Source of the DNA: Candidatus Woesearchaeota archaeon
GTDB taxonomy: Archaea > Nanobdellota > Nanobdellia > Woesearchaeales > GCA-2687795
Direction: 5' to 3'
DNA: 54,734 bases
Assembly: GCA_002687795.1 (NCBI GenBank)
Contig: NZBG01000004.1
Span: 1-54,734, forward strand
Below, piece after piece: positions 19,150-28,496 of the stretch. Every line of letters begins with the position of its first letter. Positions within the stretch are counted from its first letter, which is position 1. Position numbers and translations under genes: made by a program. A model generated the notes under the pieces. That model had not been told where the DNA came from. It saw only the letters and a program-made list of their open reading frames with translations, and ran no database searches.

Positions 19150-21168
19150 TTATAAGCGGGATATGAAACCCCTTCTCGGCTCGAACACATCACCGCTCCT
19201 TCTTAACCTTTCAATAACCTCTTCTACCTTATCCTCCTCTATCTTCTGCTCTTTGGCCTCTTTTACAACATCTTCAATTGGAATGGTCTTCCCGATTGTT
19301 TTCTCCAGGTCATTTATGATATCTTTGATAATAATAATAACATTTCTTTGAGAAGCAGTGATTCCTGTTGTGATTCTGTCGATATCAATCTTGCCGGTCT
19401 CCTTATCAAATCCAACCTGCATCAGGCAATATTCTAATTGCTCAATACCTCTTACAGCATCCCTTTTAGTTACCCTGTTTGACAACCTTACCTTTGCAGA
19501 AGCTTCCGCTAACCTTACCAAAGCTTCCAGTTGTCTTGGCGAGATAGGGATTGTCTTAACGCTTCCCTCTGTTGATCCGCTTGCCCTCATCCTGAGATAA
19601 TACTCTCTAATCTCTTCCATCGCTGCGGTTGTAAGTTTTGGCTTAAACCTTTGCTTTGCGTAAGCAATATATTTCTTCAGCAGTTTGGTAGGGATTTCAG
19701 GTACTATCTTATCCGGCTCCTGATGAAGGCTTAATATATGGGAAGCCATCATAGTATCCTTCTCTTTATCAGGCAGATCCTTAATAGGGAAAATCAAATC
19801 AAACCTGTTGATTAAGGTTGGTGGCAGGTCTATCTGCTCGCCAATAACTCCGTATGGGTCAAACCTTCCAAACTTTGGGTTGGCTGCAGCTAACACTGTA
19901 GTCCTTGCTAACAAAGTAGCCTGGATATTAGCCTTGCTGATACTAACTGTCTGCTGCTCCAATGCTTCATGCATAGCGCTCCTATCCTCCGGGCTCATCT
20001 TATCCATCTCATCAATCGCGCAGATTCCATTGGAAGCCAGAACTAAAGCTCCTGCTTCAAGGCTCCAGCCTTTTAAGAATTCATCCTTTACAACTGAAGC
20101 GGTAAGGCCTGCTCCGCTTACTCCTCTCCCGGTTACATACCTTCCCTTTGGCGCAATAACTCCTACTCTCTTTAATAATTGGCTCTTGCCAGCACCAGGA
20201 TCTCCAACAAGAAGAACATGCATATCACCCCTTGAGATAGCGCCATCAGACCTTACCTTTGGCACTCCTCCCATTAACTGTAGGATAAGAGCCTCCTTTA
20301 TCTTCTCATAGCCGTAAATAGAAGGCGCAATTGAATTAATTATTCTCTTATAGACATTCTTATCTTTTGCAATATCTTTTATCTGCTTCTCCTCTTTCTC
20401 TGAAATGTCTATCTCATAAAACGTTTCTTCCATGGCAGTTAAGCTATTGGCTTCTATAAGAAGATCAAACCTTGTTGACTTCCCGCCTGACTTTAATATT
20501 ATCGGCACTTCTTTAATAATCCCTACAATATTGATTTTTGAGCCGGGTGAACTCTTTCTCTCACTCAAAGGGCTTACAAGGTCTCCCTTCAGGAAAATAT
20601 TCATCCTCTTTGGCTGCTCTCCGCCTTCTATATTCTCAGGCGACTCCTCCAACACAATGCCCTGGGCGTCTATCAGCTCCTTGTTAATAAGCTTAAACTT
20701 TCCTTTTCTTCCGCAGCCGCACCTGGAAGGCTCCTTAAACTGGGAATCCAGCTGAAGCACAGAGATTATATTGCCGCATGAAGGGCACTCAAACTTGGCT
20801 GCTGTAACCTGGGGCCTTACATCACTCTTCTGCCTTACAATCCCTTCCACCACCACCAGCTTGCCGATATGCTCACTTCTGATATTCCGTATCATTATCT
20901 TCTGGGAAGGAGGAAGGTTCTCCAGCCTTAGCTTAAAATCCTTGACTTCAGCAGGCAGGTCAAACTGCTCAATTGAAAGCTCAGCTGCCTTAATAACCTC
21001 TTCAGGCTGTTCCAATAGAATATCTCCTAACTCTGGGTCAAACTTTAAAAGTTCAGTAAAGTCAATAACAATAGATTTAGCGCCGGTCCTAACATTCTCT
21101 AACAAAACTCCCTGGTAAACATCTTCAAAGAACTGATGAAACCTTTTAATCTGTTCAGTTACTTCCAT
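19150..21168 (-). CDS. mcm: MCM replicative helicase
   Basis: Zn finger CPSCG...CGCG, Walker A GDPGAGKS, Walker B CAIDEMDK, arginine finger SRFDL-like NRFDLIF and a C-terminal wH. Start trimmed to MEVTEQ at 21168. Confidence 0.92.
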   Translation of the reverse strand: MEVTEQIKRFHQFFEDVYQGVLLENVRTGAKSIVIDFTELLKFDPELGDILLEQPEEVIKAAELSIEQFDLPAEVKDFKLRLENLPPSQKIMIRNIRSEHIGKLVVVEGIVRQKSDVRPQVTAAKFECPSCGNIISVLQLDSQFKEPSRCGCGRKGKFKLINKELIDAQGIVLEESPENIEGGEQPKRMNIFLKGDLVSPLSERKSSPGSKINIVGIIKEVPIILKSGGKSTRFDLLIEANSLTAMEETFYEIDISEKEEKQIKDIAKDKNVYKRIINSIAPSIYGYEKIKEALILQLMGGVPKVRSDGAISRGDMHVLLVGDPGAGKSQLLKRVGVIAPKGRYVTGRGVSGAGLTASVVKDEFLKGWSLEAGALVLASNGICAIDEMDKMSPEDRSAMHEALEQQTVSISKANIQATLLARTTVLAAANPKFGRFDPYGVIGEQIDLPPTLINRFDLIFPIKDLPDKEKDTMMASHILSLHQEPDKIVPEIPTKLLKKYIAYAKQRFKPKLTTAAMEEIREYYLRMRASGSTEGSVKTIPISPRQLEALVRLAEASAKVRLSNRVTKRDAVRGIEQLEYCLMQVGFDKETGKIDIDRITTGITASQRNVIIIIKDIINDLEKTIGKTIPIEDVVKEAKEQKIEEDKVEEVIERLRRSGDVFEPRRGFISRL

Positions 21169-21262
21169 TTTTAGTACTGATTTTACCCCCAAAAAGACAC
21201 TTACATCTAACTCAATAAAAAACTGAAGCAGAACTCCTTTATATTCTTTTATCTTTTGTGAA

Positions 21263-21354
21263 GTATAGTAAATGACATAACTAATTGACCAGCGAGTCAT
21301 TTACTATACCAGGAAAACAAATCTTTAAATTTGTTTTCCGCTGTATAGTAAATG
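21263..21354. promoter_or_regulatory. 12-mer triple repeat plus 28-nt palindrome upstream of mcm
   Basis: gtatagtaaatg occurs at 21263-21274 and 21343-21354, with its reverse complement at 21298-21309. ggaaaacaaat-ctttaa-atttgttttcc spans 21312-21339. Confidence 0.5.
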
Positions 21355-21397
21355 CTGTAGGTATTGGAAAATAACTAATGAAAAGAATCTAATACCT

Positions 21398-21889
21398 TTA
21401 TATCTCTCTTCGCATTTCAATCTTATAATCAAAGAATCCCTTCTTCTTATAAACAGAATGCGCGAACTCATTATCTACATACAATCCTATGGATATATGA
21501 TTCATATTATTCTTCTTTAACCACTTTATTGATTTATCCATCAATTGTGAACTAATTCCTTTTCCTCTATGTTCTTTTTTGACGAATAAATCACTTATAT
21601 ATCCAATCTTCTCAATCTTAAATACGGGGATTTCATCTTTGATAATCACAAGCGTAAATCCAATAATATTATCATCTACTTCAGCGAAGAATATAGCTCC
21701 TTTCCTTGATTTAAGCTGTTCTGTAATGAAAGCTCTATAATTGTCTGCTGCATTCTTCTTCCTTGGGGTATATAGTCTAAGCCTTTCATTCCTTTCTAGA
21801 ACTATTTTATCATGGTCTTTCATAAATTCCTCCCATAATTTAACAATGGAAGAAATATCCTTGACGTTAGCTTTTCTAATCAGTACCAT
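21398..21889 (-). CDS. GNAT-family N-acetyltransferase
   Basis: 163 aa. The acetyl-CoA loop HRGKGISSQL fits R/Q-x-x-G-x-G/A. Confidence 0.85.
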   Translation of the reverse strand: MVLIRKANVKDISSIVKLWEEFMKDHDKIVLERNERLRLYTPRKKNAADNYRAFITEQLKSRKGAIFFAEVDDNIIGFTLVIIKDEIPVFKIEKIGYISDLFVKKEHRGKGISSQLMDKSIKWLKKNNMNHISIGLYVDNEFAHSVYKKKGFFDYKIEMRREI

Positions 21890-22110
21890 ACAAATAGATT
21901 AAGAACATTATTATATAAAATTATCTACTGCCAGAATCAACTATTAGCATTTCTACAAAACCCTCATTTCACATCACCAAGAAGTTTTACTGATGTTAAA
22001 TCTCGAAGAGATTTATGGATTTTTTAGCAAAACTTCTTCTCACCCAAAACAGTAAGAACTAAGAAACAGTTATTATAAAAAAAATAAAATAAGAATAAAA
22101 AAGGCTTTAT

Positions 22111-22746
22111 CTAAGCCCCAGTCTTCTTCACTCCAACCTTCTTCAGATTCTCAACCAGCTTGTCAAGAGCCTCATGCACTTCCTCTTCGCTCTTAGTTCC
22201 AGTGCAAACAACCTTTCCATTGCTGAACAATAAGAAAGTTGCCTTTGCCTTTGGCAGCTTATAAACCAGACCAGGGAACTGCTCAGGCTCATACTCTGTG
22301 TTATCAAGCTTCATTGTCAATGTATTCAGGTTAAGATCCATGCCTATTGAGCCGCTTGCCACAATGTTCTGAATCTTTATCTTAGGCTCAACAGTTATCT
22401 TAATCTTGATCTTCTCAAGGCTCTTTATAATCTTCTTTATAGACTCATGAACCTTCTCCATTGACCTTGCCCCAGTGCAGACAACCTTGCCTGAGCTGAA
22501 TATCAATGCAGATGTCTTAGGCTCTTTAATCCTTATAACAAGCCCTGGAAACTGCTCAGGGTTATATTCTGTATTAGAAAGCGTTGCAGCCATCTTTTCC
22601 AATGGTATATCATGCTCTAATGATGTTGAAATAACGATATTTACAACTTTTATATCTTTAGCTTCTTTATCTTCTGTTTTAACAGGCTTTTTAACATCAG
22701 CCTTCTTTCTGCTAGGTTTCTTAGTAGTTTTTTTAGCTTTAGGCAT
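22111..22746 (-). CDS. tbp: TATA-box binding protein with a Lys-rich N-terminal extension
   Basis: Two TBP repeats (NIV.S..L....L.......EY.PEQFPGL. and ..FSSGK.V.TG). About 35 basic residues precede the first repeat. Confidence 0.9.
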   Translation of the reverse strand: MPKAKKTTKKPSRKKADVKKPVKTEDKEAKDIKVVNIVISTSLEHDIPLEKMAATLSNTEYNPEQFPGLVIRIKEPKTSALIFSSGKVVCTGARSMEKVHESIKKIIKSLEKIKIKITVEPKIKIQNIVASGSIGMDLNLNTLTMKLDNTEYEPEQFPGLVYKLPKAKATFLLFSNGKVVCTGTKSEEEVHEALDKLVENLKKVGVKKTGA

Positions 22747-22841
22747 TTTATAGACCTCCAGACCTATTTTAAATGAATTTCCCCCAAAATATCCTTTATA
22801 AATAGAGTAAGCTTTATAAATGCTTTTATTTTTAAAGGGTA

Positions 22842-23666
22842 TTATGATTTCTGTAGAAGCCTTCTAAGCTCCTTTATCTCATTTACCATGTCACCTGCAA
22901 TATAAGCAAAACCCTTCTTTTTCTTAAGCAAATCCCCAATAGCCCCATTAATATAAACAGCATTAACTGCGCTCTGCAATAAATTCCCGCTCTGCGCTAA
23001 GAAACCAACACATAAGCCAGCCAAAACATCGCCTGTACCTGACTTTGTCATGCCTTCATTGCCGGTTTTATTATAAAAAACCTTATCCTTACTAATAATC
23101 TTATCAACAGCTCCTTTAACAACAATTATGTTATTATCAATAATATCCTTAACATCTTTAACCTTAGAATTCTTCAACAAAACCTCAAACTCCCTTTTAT
23201 GCGGCGTGAATATTGCATTATGCACATCCTGCACTCTAAGAGCTTTAACCCCTTCCGCATCAATAACCAAAGGCTTTCTAACACTTCCAACAACATCTTT
23301 CACAAACGCCTTTGTCTCATCTCTTAAACCCAATCCATTGCCAATAAGAACAGCATCAAACTCCTTAGATAATTCAACTATCCCTTTGCTCTGTTCACCT
23401 GAGAAATAACCGCAATCAAACTTCTTTGTTATAAGCTCAGGCGTATAACAATTAACAGCCCAGGCAACTTTCTCAGGAGCAGCCACTGTAACCCAATCAG
23501 CACCAGAACGCAAAGCTGCCAGGCCAGCTAACACCAAACAGCCAACATAATCCTCAGAACCCCCTACAATCAAAACCCTTCCATTATCGCCTTTATGAGA
23601 ACTCTTTTTTCTATTTGGAAATCTCAGGCTTTCTTTTGTTAGGATTGGCTTTTTCTCTTTTTCCAT
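22842..23666 (-). CDS. nnrD: ADP-dependent NAD(P)H-hydrate dehydratase (YjeF C-terminal family)
   Basis: HKGDNGRVLIVGGSEDYVG, GADWVTV and GTGDVLAG motifs. Confidence 0.85.
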   Translation of the reverse strand: MEKEKKPILTKESLRFPNRKKSSHKGDNGRVLIVGGSEDYVGCLVLAGLAALRSGADWVTVAAPEKVAWAVNCYTPELITKKFDCGYFSGEQSKGIVELSKEFDAVLIGNGLGLRDETKAFVKDVVGSVRKPLVIDAEGVKALRVQDVHNAIFTPHKREFEVLLKNSKVKDVKDIIDNNIIVVKGAVDKIISKDKVFYNKTGNEGMTKSGTGDVLAGLCVGFLAQSGNLLQSAVNAVYINGAIGDLLKKKKGFAYIAGDMVNEIKELRRLLQKS

Positions 23667-24919
23667 CTTCTATAGACAACCAGCCCTGCAACCACTATAA
23701 TAATCACAATAAAGATACCAACTCCCTTGCTGCCTGTCTTAAGCCCAAGCTTCTTTGCTTCAGATTTAGAATAAATATCCAGGATTAAGTTAACATCTTC
23801 ATTAAATTCCTTGTTATTAGCATCCCTATACTCAAGCGAAAGCGGCAATAATACTTCAGGCTTTGCTGTCTGTATATGAAGATTAAAATCAGCAGTTTCA
23901 TAATCATCAGAGTCAATATTCCCTACGTACACATTATCAGGGGAAAGAAGCTTATAATCAGAGCATCCCTTTAGTTTAACATCCAGGAACTTAAGGTCCG
24001 TTACACCTTTATTAACAAACTTTATTACAACATCACCAGTATCACCATTTGTATAAACCTCTGAGTTGTCTATAGTAACAGTAAGCTTTGGCTCTTCTCC
24101 TACTATTAAGCCAATTGTATTGTTTTTTGTATATTTACTTCCCATACCGTCTCTGTAATCTATTAACAGAGGAACTTTATATATCTTTGACTCAGCATCT
24201 GACTCAGCTGTAAGGCTAAATTTGAGCAAAGATTCTTTTCCTGAGCTAAGCCTTAGAATATTCTTTTCGTTTGCTATCCCAATAGGCACAAAAGGAACAT
24301 CAGCAATATCAAGCTTAACCCTTATATCCTTAATAGGAGAATCTGCAATATTCTTCAGCTTAAGCTGCAGTTCTGCATTCTCCCCCGGCACTATCTGGTC
24401 TGGAACAGTAACCGCAGACAGAATGCTTAATATAGCATCATGGGTTCTTACCCTTATATTAAAAGGATCCAGTTTTGTCCATATTTTACCTTCATCATTA
24501 CTATATCTCAGCATTATCGCATTATCCCCTTCAATAGCATCCTTATGTACTCTTAGCTTATAATAGACCATCATGCCTTCATTGCCCATCTGGTTGCCCC
24601 AAACAGTTCCAACTTTCCTTATAGGAGAATCTCCTGCCTCAAGCGAGAAAGGAAAAGCAGGAATCAATTCAACCCTTAAGTCCTTTACCTTTTCCCCCCC
24701 AAAATTCTCAACCTTCCATCTTACCTCTACATACCTGCCTGGCTCAGCGGGGTCTGGATTCTGGTTTACGAACGTATTATTCACATTATACTGGTAAATG
24801 TTTGAGGCATTAGAAAACCTTAACCTGGCCTGGTCAATAGCGCCATCATTAACTACAGCAAAAGCTCTTATAGAAACTAAGACAATAAACAATAAGTAAA
24901 TCAGGTTCCTCTTTTTCAT
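23639..24919 (-). CDS. Secreted, C-terminally anchored cell-surface protein with CARDB/COG1361-like beta-repeats
   Basis: 426 aa. N-terminal signal-like helix, repeated beta-rich modules, and a C-terminal TM helix plus a basic tail. Confidence 0.5.
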   Translation of the reverse strand: MKKRNLIYLLFIVLVSIRAFAVVNDGAIDQARLRFSNASNIYQYNVNNTFVNQNPDPAEPGRYVEVRWKVENFGGEKVKDLRVELIPAFPFSLEAGDSPIRKVGTVWGNQMGNEGMMVYYKLRVHKDAIEGDNAIMLRYSNDEGKIWTKLDPFNIRVRTHDAILSILSAVTVPDQIVPGENAELQLKLKNIADSPIKDIRVKLDIADVPFVPIGIANEKNILRLSSGKESLLKFSLTAESDAESKIYKVPLLIDYRDGMGSKYTKNNTIGLIVGEEPKLTVTIDNSEVYTNGDTGDVVIKFVNKGVTDLKFLDVKLKGCSDYKLLSPDNVYVGNIDSDDYETADFNLHIQTAKPEVLLPLSLEYRDANNKEFNEDVNLILDIYSKSEAKKLGLKTGSKGVGIFIVIIIVVAGLVVYRRWKKRKSQS

Positions 24920-24977
24920 TTCCGTATAGATAAGATAGTAACTTATATATAAGAGTTTTGAATTAATTTATGTCAGA

Positions 24978-25211
24978 ATGTCAGGCCCAGGGGAAGGAAA
25001 GATTGAACTAAAAAAGGCGAAGGTTTATATTCATGTTAAAGGCAAAAGCAATGCTAGAATCACTCATGTTGATATAGAGCATCCTTTAATAAATAAAATT
25101 ATAAAGGATAAGGAAGCAACTTATTGCGCAGGCAAGCCTAGTGGCTGTTTTATTGGTCTAAAGAAAGAGATGATTAAGAGGGCTGAGAACCTTTTAAAAA
25201 GGATATCATAA
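24978..25211 (+). CDS. Hypothetical small protein
   Basis: 77-aa ORF whose stop overlaps the ABC ATPase start (taATG). Confidence 0.3.
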   Translation: MSGPGEGKIELKKAKVYIHVKGKSNARITHVDIEHPLINKIIKDKEATYCAGKPSGCFIGLKKEMIKRAENLLKRIS

Positions 25212-25888
25212 TGAAAAACATAATAATCAAGCTTGAAAACGTCTGGAAAATCTATAAGATGGGCAATGTAAACGTAAATGCGCTAAGAGGCATTGACCTC
25301 AGCATAAAAGAAGGCGAATTTGTTGCTATACAAGGTCCCAGCGGCTCCGGCAAATCAACTGCGGTTAACATGATAGGCTGCCTTGATATCCCCACAAAGG
25401 GTGAGATATTTCTTGATAGGAAAAATATTGCTCATTTATCTGAATCAGACCTTGCCCAAATCAGGGGAAGAAAGATAGGGTTTATCTTTCAGACCTTTAA
25501 CCTAATCAACACATTGACAGCAATAGAAAATGTTATGCTGCCAATGGTTTTCCAGGGGATCAGCAAAGAGGCAAGGCTAAAAAGAGCAGGCTCTCTGTTA
25601 GACCTCATGCAATTAGGAGACAGGAAAAATCACAGGCCAACCGAGCTTAGCGGAGGCCAGCAACAGAGAGTAGCAATCGCCAGATCTTTAGCTAACAACC
25701 CAAACGTTGTGCTTGCTGATGAGCCAACAGGCAACCTTGACTCAAAAACAGGAAGAACAGTTATGGACTTTCTAAAGAAGCTTCACAAAGAAGAGAACAA
25801 GACCATTATAATGGTTACACATGATGATAAATTAGCCAGAGAAGCAGACTGGGTTGCTTTCCTGAAGGATGGGAAGATTGTTAAGTGA
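25211..25888 (+). CDS. ABC transporter ATP-binding protein (MacB/LolD/FtsE-like)
   Basis: Walker A GPSGSGKST, signature LSGGQQQR, Walker B VVLADEPT and an H-loop VTHD. Confidence 0.9.
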   Translation: MKNIIIKLENVWKIYKMGNVNVNALRGIDLSIKEGEFVAIQGPSGSGKSTAVNMIGCLDIPTKGEIFLDRKNIAHLSESDLAQIRGRKIGFIFQTFNLINTLTAIENVMLPMVFQGISKEARLKRAGSLLDLMQLGDRKNHRPTELSGGQQQRVAIARSLANNPNVVLADEPTGNLDSKTGRTVMDFLKKLHKEENKTIIMVTHDDKLAREADWVAFLKDGKIVK

Positions 25889-25957
25889 TGGACATAAATG
25901 AAAATAACAATATTTAAGAGTAAGCTTTAAAAATAAAAACCCACTTTTATTGGTATT

Positions 25958-26743
25958 ATGACTAACGACGAATCAATTGACAACAGTATTGATGAAGAAG
26001 CTGTAGGGATTAATAAATTAATTGAAGAGAGCAAGGTTCCATTTGATCAGATACCTAACCATTTCTTGACTGGAGAAGATTCAACAATAAGATTTCTATT
26101 TGAAAGCATGCCTTATTTCGGATGTGGTCAATTAGCAGAATTATTAAGCAAGGTACACTTAGATGATAAAGGACAACCATACATTCCTAGCGCATTAAGA
26201 GGAAGGGATAGTGATATTAGAGATCTTGTGAGGAAACCAATATTACAATCTGCTGATAGTCTACTTCATTATGTGTTTGGACCATCTCCTAAAGTCATAA
26301 AGAAACATCAAAGGGTCAGAGACAAGATAAGAAGGGAACTCACTGATGAAATAGTATATGCCTATTCTGTAAATAACCTTTTAAGATATAATCCTTTAAG
26401 AGAAGAGGGAGGTATAAAATCCTTTGAGAGATTCCTGAATACACAAGTAAGGCATCATCTATTTGAAGTATTAGAGTATAAAAGGAATAGAGAATCATCT
26501 CCTCGCTATGATTCAGGAAGACGTTTTAATAGACATACTAAAGATGATTTATCAAGGAATAAACCAACACTTGTAGGTTCAATACAATCAAATGGAAGCA
26601 TAGGTTATTCTGCTATTGGAGAAAGGTTTGAAGAACTCTGTGTTGCTAAAGATATAACAAGGTTTATTCATTATCAAGAATACAGGAAGAGCATGGATAG
26701 AAAGTATGGAACACTAAACAGAAAAAGAGTTACTAATTTTTAA
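25958..26743 (+). CDS. Hypothetical protein
   Basis: 261-aa ORF. No motif recognised. Confidence 0.45.
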   Translation: MTNDESIDNSIDEEAVGINKLIEESKVPFDQIPNHFLTGEDSTIRFLFESMPYFGCGQLAELLSKVHLDDKGQPYIPSALRGRDSDIRDLVRKPILQSADSLLHYVFGPSPKVIKKHQRVRDKIRRELTDEIVYAYSVNNLLRYNPLREEGGIKSFERFLNTQVRHHLFEVLEYKRNRESSPRYDSGRRFNRHTKDDLSRNKPTLVGSIQSNGSIGYSAIGERFEELCVAKDITRFIHYQEYRKSMDRKYGTLNRKRVTNF

Positions 26744-28447
26744 TTAAGCCTCTTTCTTCTTTTCTCCCTCTTCTTTCTTCTCTTTTACTTTCTCTTTCTT
26801 CCCTATCTTAGCAAACTCCTTATCATACTCAGGGTTATCAATCCTGATCTCCTCAAGCTTGCCCCTCTTCTTCTCCAGAATATTCTTTAACAGCTTCTCC
26901 ACCCTATCCTTCTGAGAAACTTTTAAGTCAATAATATCTTTCAGGGCATCGCTGATATGAGGAATATAAATCTCTATATAATCCCTCTTCTTTGACTCAT
27001 CCTGGATCCTTTTCTTCTTATGTATATAAAGCCCTAACTTTCTCCCGCACTCCTGCAAGGCCAGCTTAATCTCCTTAATAATCTCAGGGTAATGGGCAAT
27101 TGCCTCCTTGCTCTCTGAAGTATAAGGAACCCAGACCGAAGCAAGATGAACCACTAAAGTTAAAGGGCCTGCAGGCAAAGCTCCTGAGCTCTGGCTCAGT
27201 CCGTAAGAGCGCCAGTTAGTTGTCAAAACACTCTTTGTAACGCTGCAAGCTCCCTGCTGATAAAGCAATGGAACCCTGTTTGCAAACCTGTACAATGTGA
27301 TTGACTGCTCAGCCGGCTGCTCCCCTCCATAAGCGCAGGCAACCTCAACAACAAAAGGATTTCCTCTATAAACATTAGGCGGCCTTGTTGAAGCAGCATA
27401 AAACTCTGCATTTACCTCCTTCCTCAAACCCTTCTCTAAAAGCTCAGCTCCCAGAGGAGAAATGCAGTCAGTGGGAGGAGAGATTATCTTGGTTCCATTA
27501 ATACCCTTCAACAAGCTCTCAGCCATCTCCCTGCTAACTGAATGAGGCTTTGTTTTAGGCAATAAAGCAGCATTCTCGCAGATCTGCTTGGCTGTGCCTG
27601 AGCCCACCCTTGAAAACTCGTTCATCAAAAAGCTCTGCAATGTTCTGGACTCTGTCCATTTCAGCATGTTCATCAGCCTTCCAATTTCAACGCCATAAGG
27701 GTGAGGCTTAATCTCAACAGGCTTCTTAGGCATAGAATCAGTTGCCCTGGCAAAAATAAGCTGCTCTCCCTTAGGAGGCTGGTAGATTAAAGTAATATGA
27801 GGGTTAACAATAGCAGTCTGCTTCAAATACTGGTCAATGCTCTGGTCCCCTTTCTGATAGCTGCCTTCCAGGTCAAGCTCAACCTTGGTTCCATGCTCTT
27901 TCTCCCATTCTATAACCTCTTCTTTAACTATCTCAGGCTTATTCTTCTGTGTATCAATCTTTAACTCATAAAAATGCGCGGGATGCTTAGGATCTATCTT
28001 AGAGATTATCCTTGCAGCTTTTCCTGTTGTTAACTGTGCATACATAACAGAAGCTGAAATCCCTATCCCCTGCTGCCCCCTCGACTGTGACAGCTTAAAA
28101 AACTTAGAGCCATAAAGCAGCCTTGCAAAAATATGCGGTATTTGCTTCTTAACAATACCCGGACCATTATCCTCAACAATAACTTTAAACCGATTCTCGC
28201 TCATCTCTATGACTTCAACACTCACCTCAGGCAATATATCTGCCTCTTCGCAGGCATCAAGGCTGTTATCAACAGCTTCCTTTATAGTTGTCAGCAAAGC
28301 TTTCCTCTTATTATCAAACCCAAGAAGATGCCTGTTTCTCTCAAAGAACTGCGAGATTGAAACCTCACGCTGCTTCTTAGCCAGTTCTACGGCAATAGGC
28401 TCCTCTGCGTTATCCACTTGGTCAAGCTTGTTTTGTTCTTCTGCCAT
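26744..28447 (-). CDS. top6B: DNA topoisomerase VI subunit B
   Basis: GHKL Bergerat fold (KEAVDNSLDA, DNGPGI, GQQGIG) with the ISQFFE..RHLLGF N-terminal signature. K/E-rich C-terminal tail. Confidence 0.92.
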   Translation of the reverse strand: MAEEQNKLDQVDNAEEPIAVELAKKQREVSISQFFERNRHLLGFDNKRKALLTTIKEAVDNSLDACEEADILPEVSVEVIEMSENRFKVIVEDNGPGIVKKQIPHIFARLLYGSKFFKLSQSRGQQGIGISASVMYAQLTTGKAARIISKIDPKHPAHFYELKIDTQKNKPEIVKEEVIEWEKEHGTKVELDLEGSYQKGDQSIDQYLKQTAIVNPHITLIYQPPKGEQLIFARATDSMPKKPVEIKPHPYGVEIGRLMNMLKWTESRTLQSFLMNEFSRVGSGTAKQICENAALLPKTKPHSVSREMAESLLKGINGTKIISPPTDCISPLGAELLEKGLRKEVNAEFYAASTRPPNVYRGNPFVVEVACAYGGEQPAEQSITLYRFANRVPLLYQQGACSVTKSVLTTNWRSYGLSQSSGALPAGPLTLVVHLASVWVPYTSESKEAIAHYPEIIKEIKLALQECGRKLGLYIHKKKRIQDESKKRDYIEIYIPHISDALKDIIDLKVSQKDRVEKLLKNILEKKRGKLEEIRIDNPEYDKEFAKIGKKEKVKEKKEEGEKKKEA

Positions 28448-28496
28448 GTTATTATTTTCTTTCTAATTAATCAGCAATAAGTATCATTTTATAAAC

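Noticed and set aside
21169-21300. The 44-codon N-terminal extension of the MCM ORF in the track (MTRWSISYVIYY...).
   Set aside because: The sequence is not MCM-like, it overlaps the 12-mer repeat and TATA-like region, and a Met with canonical MCM N-terminal sequence (MEVTEQIKRF) lies at 21168.
22007-22023. A small palindrome, aaatctc-gaa-gagattt, in the TBP-GNAT spacer.
   Set aside because: It is a short 7-bp AT-rich stem about 90 nt past the TBP stop. It may be a terminator element, but it is too weak to call.
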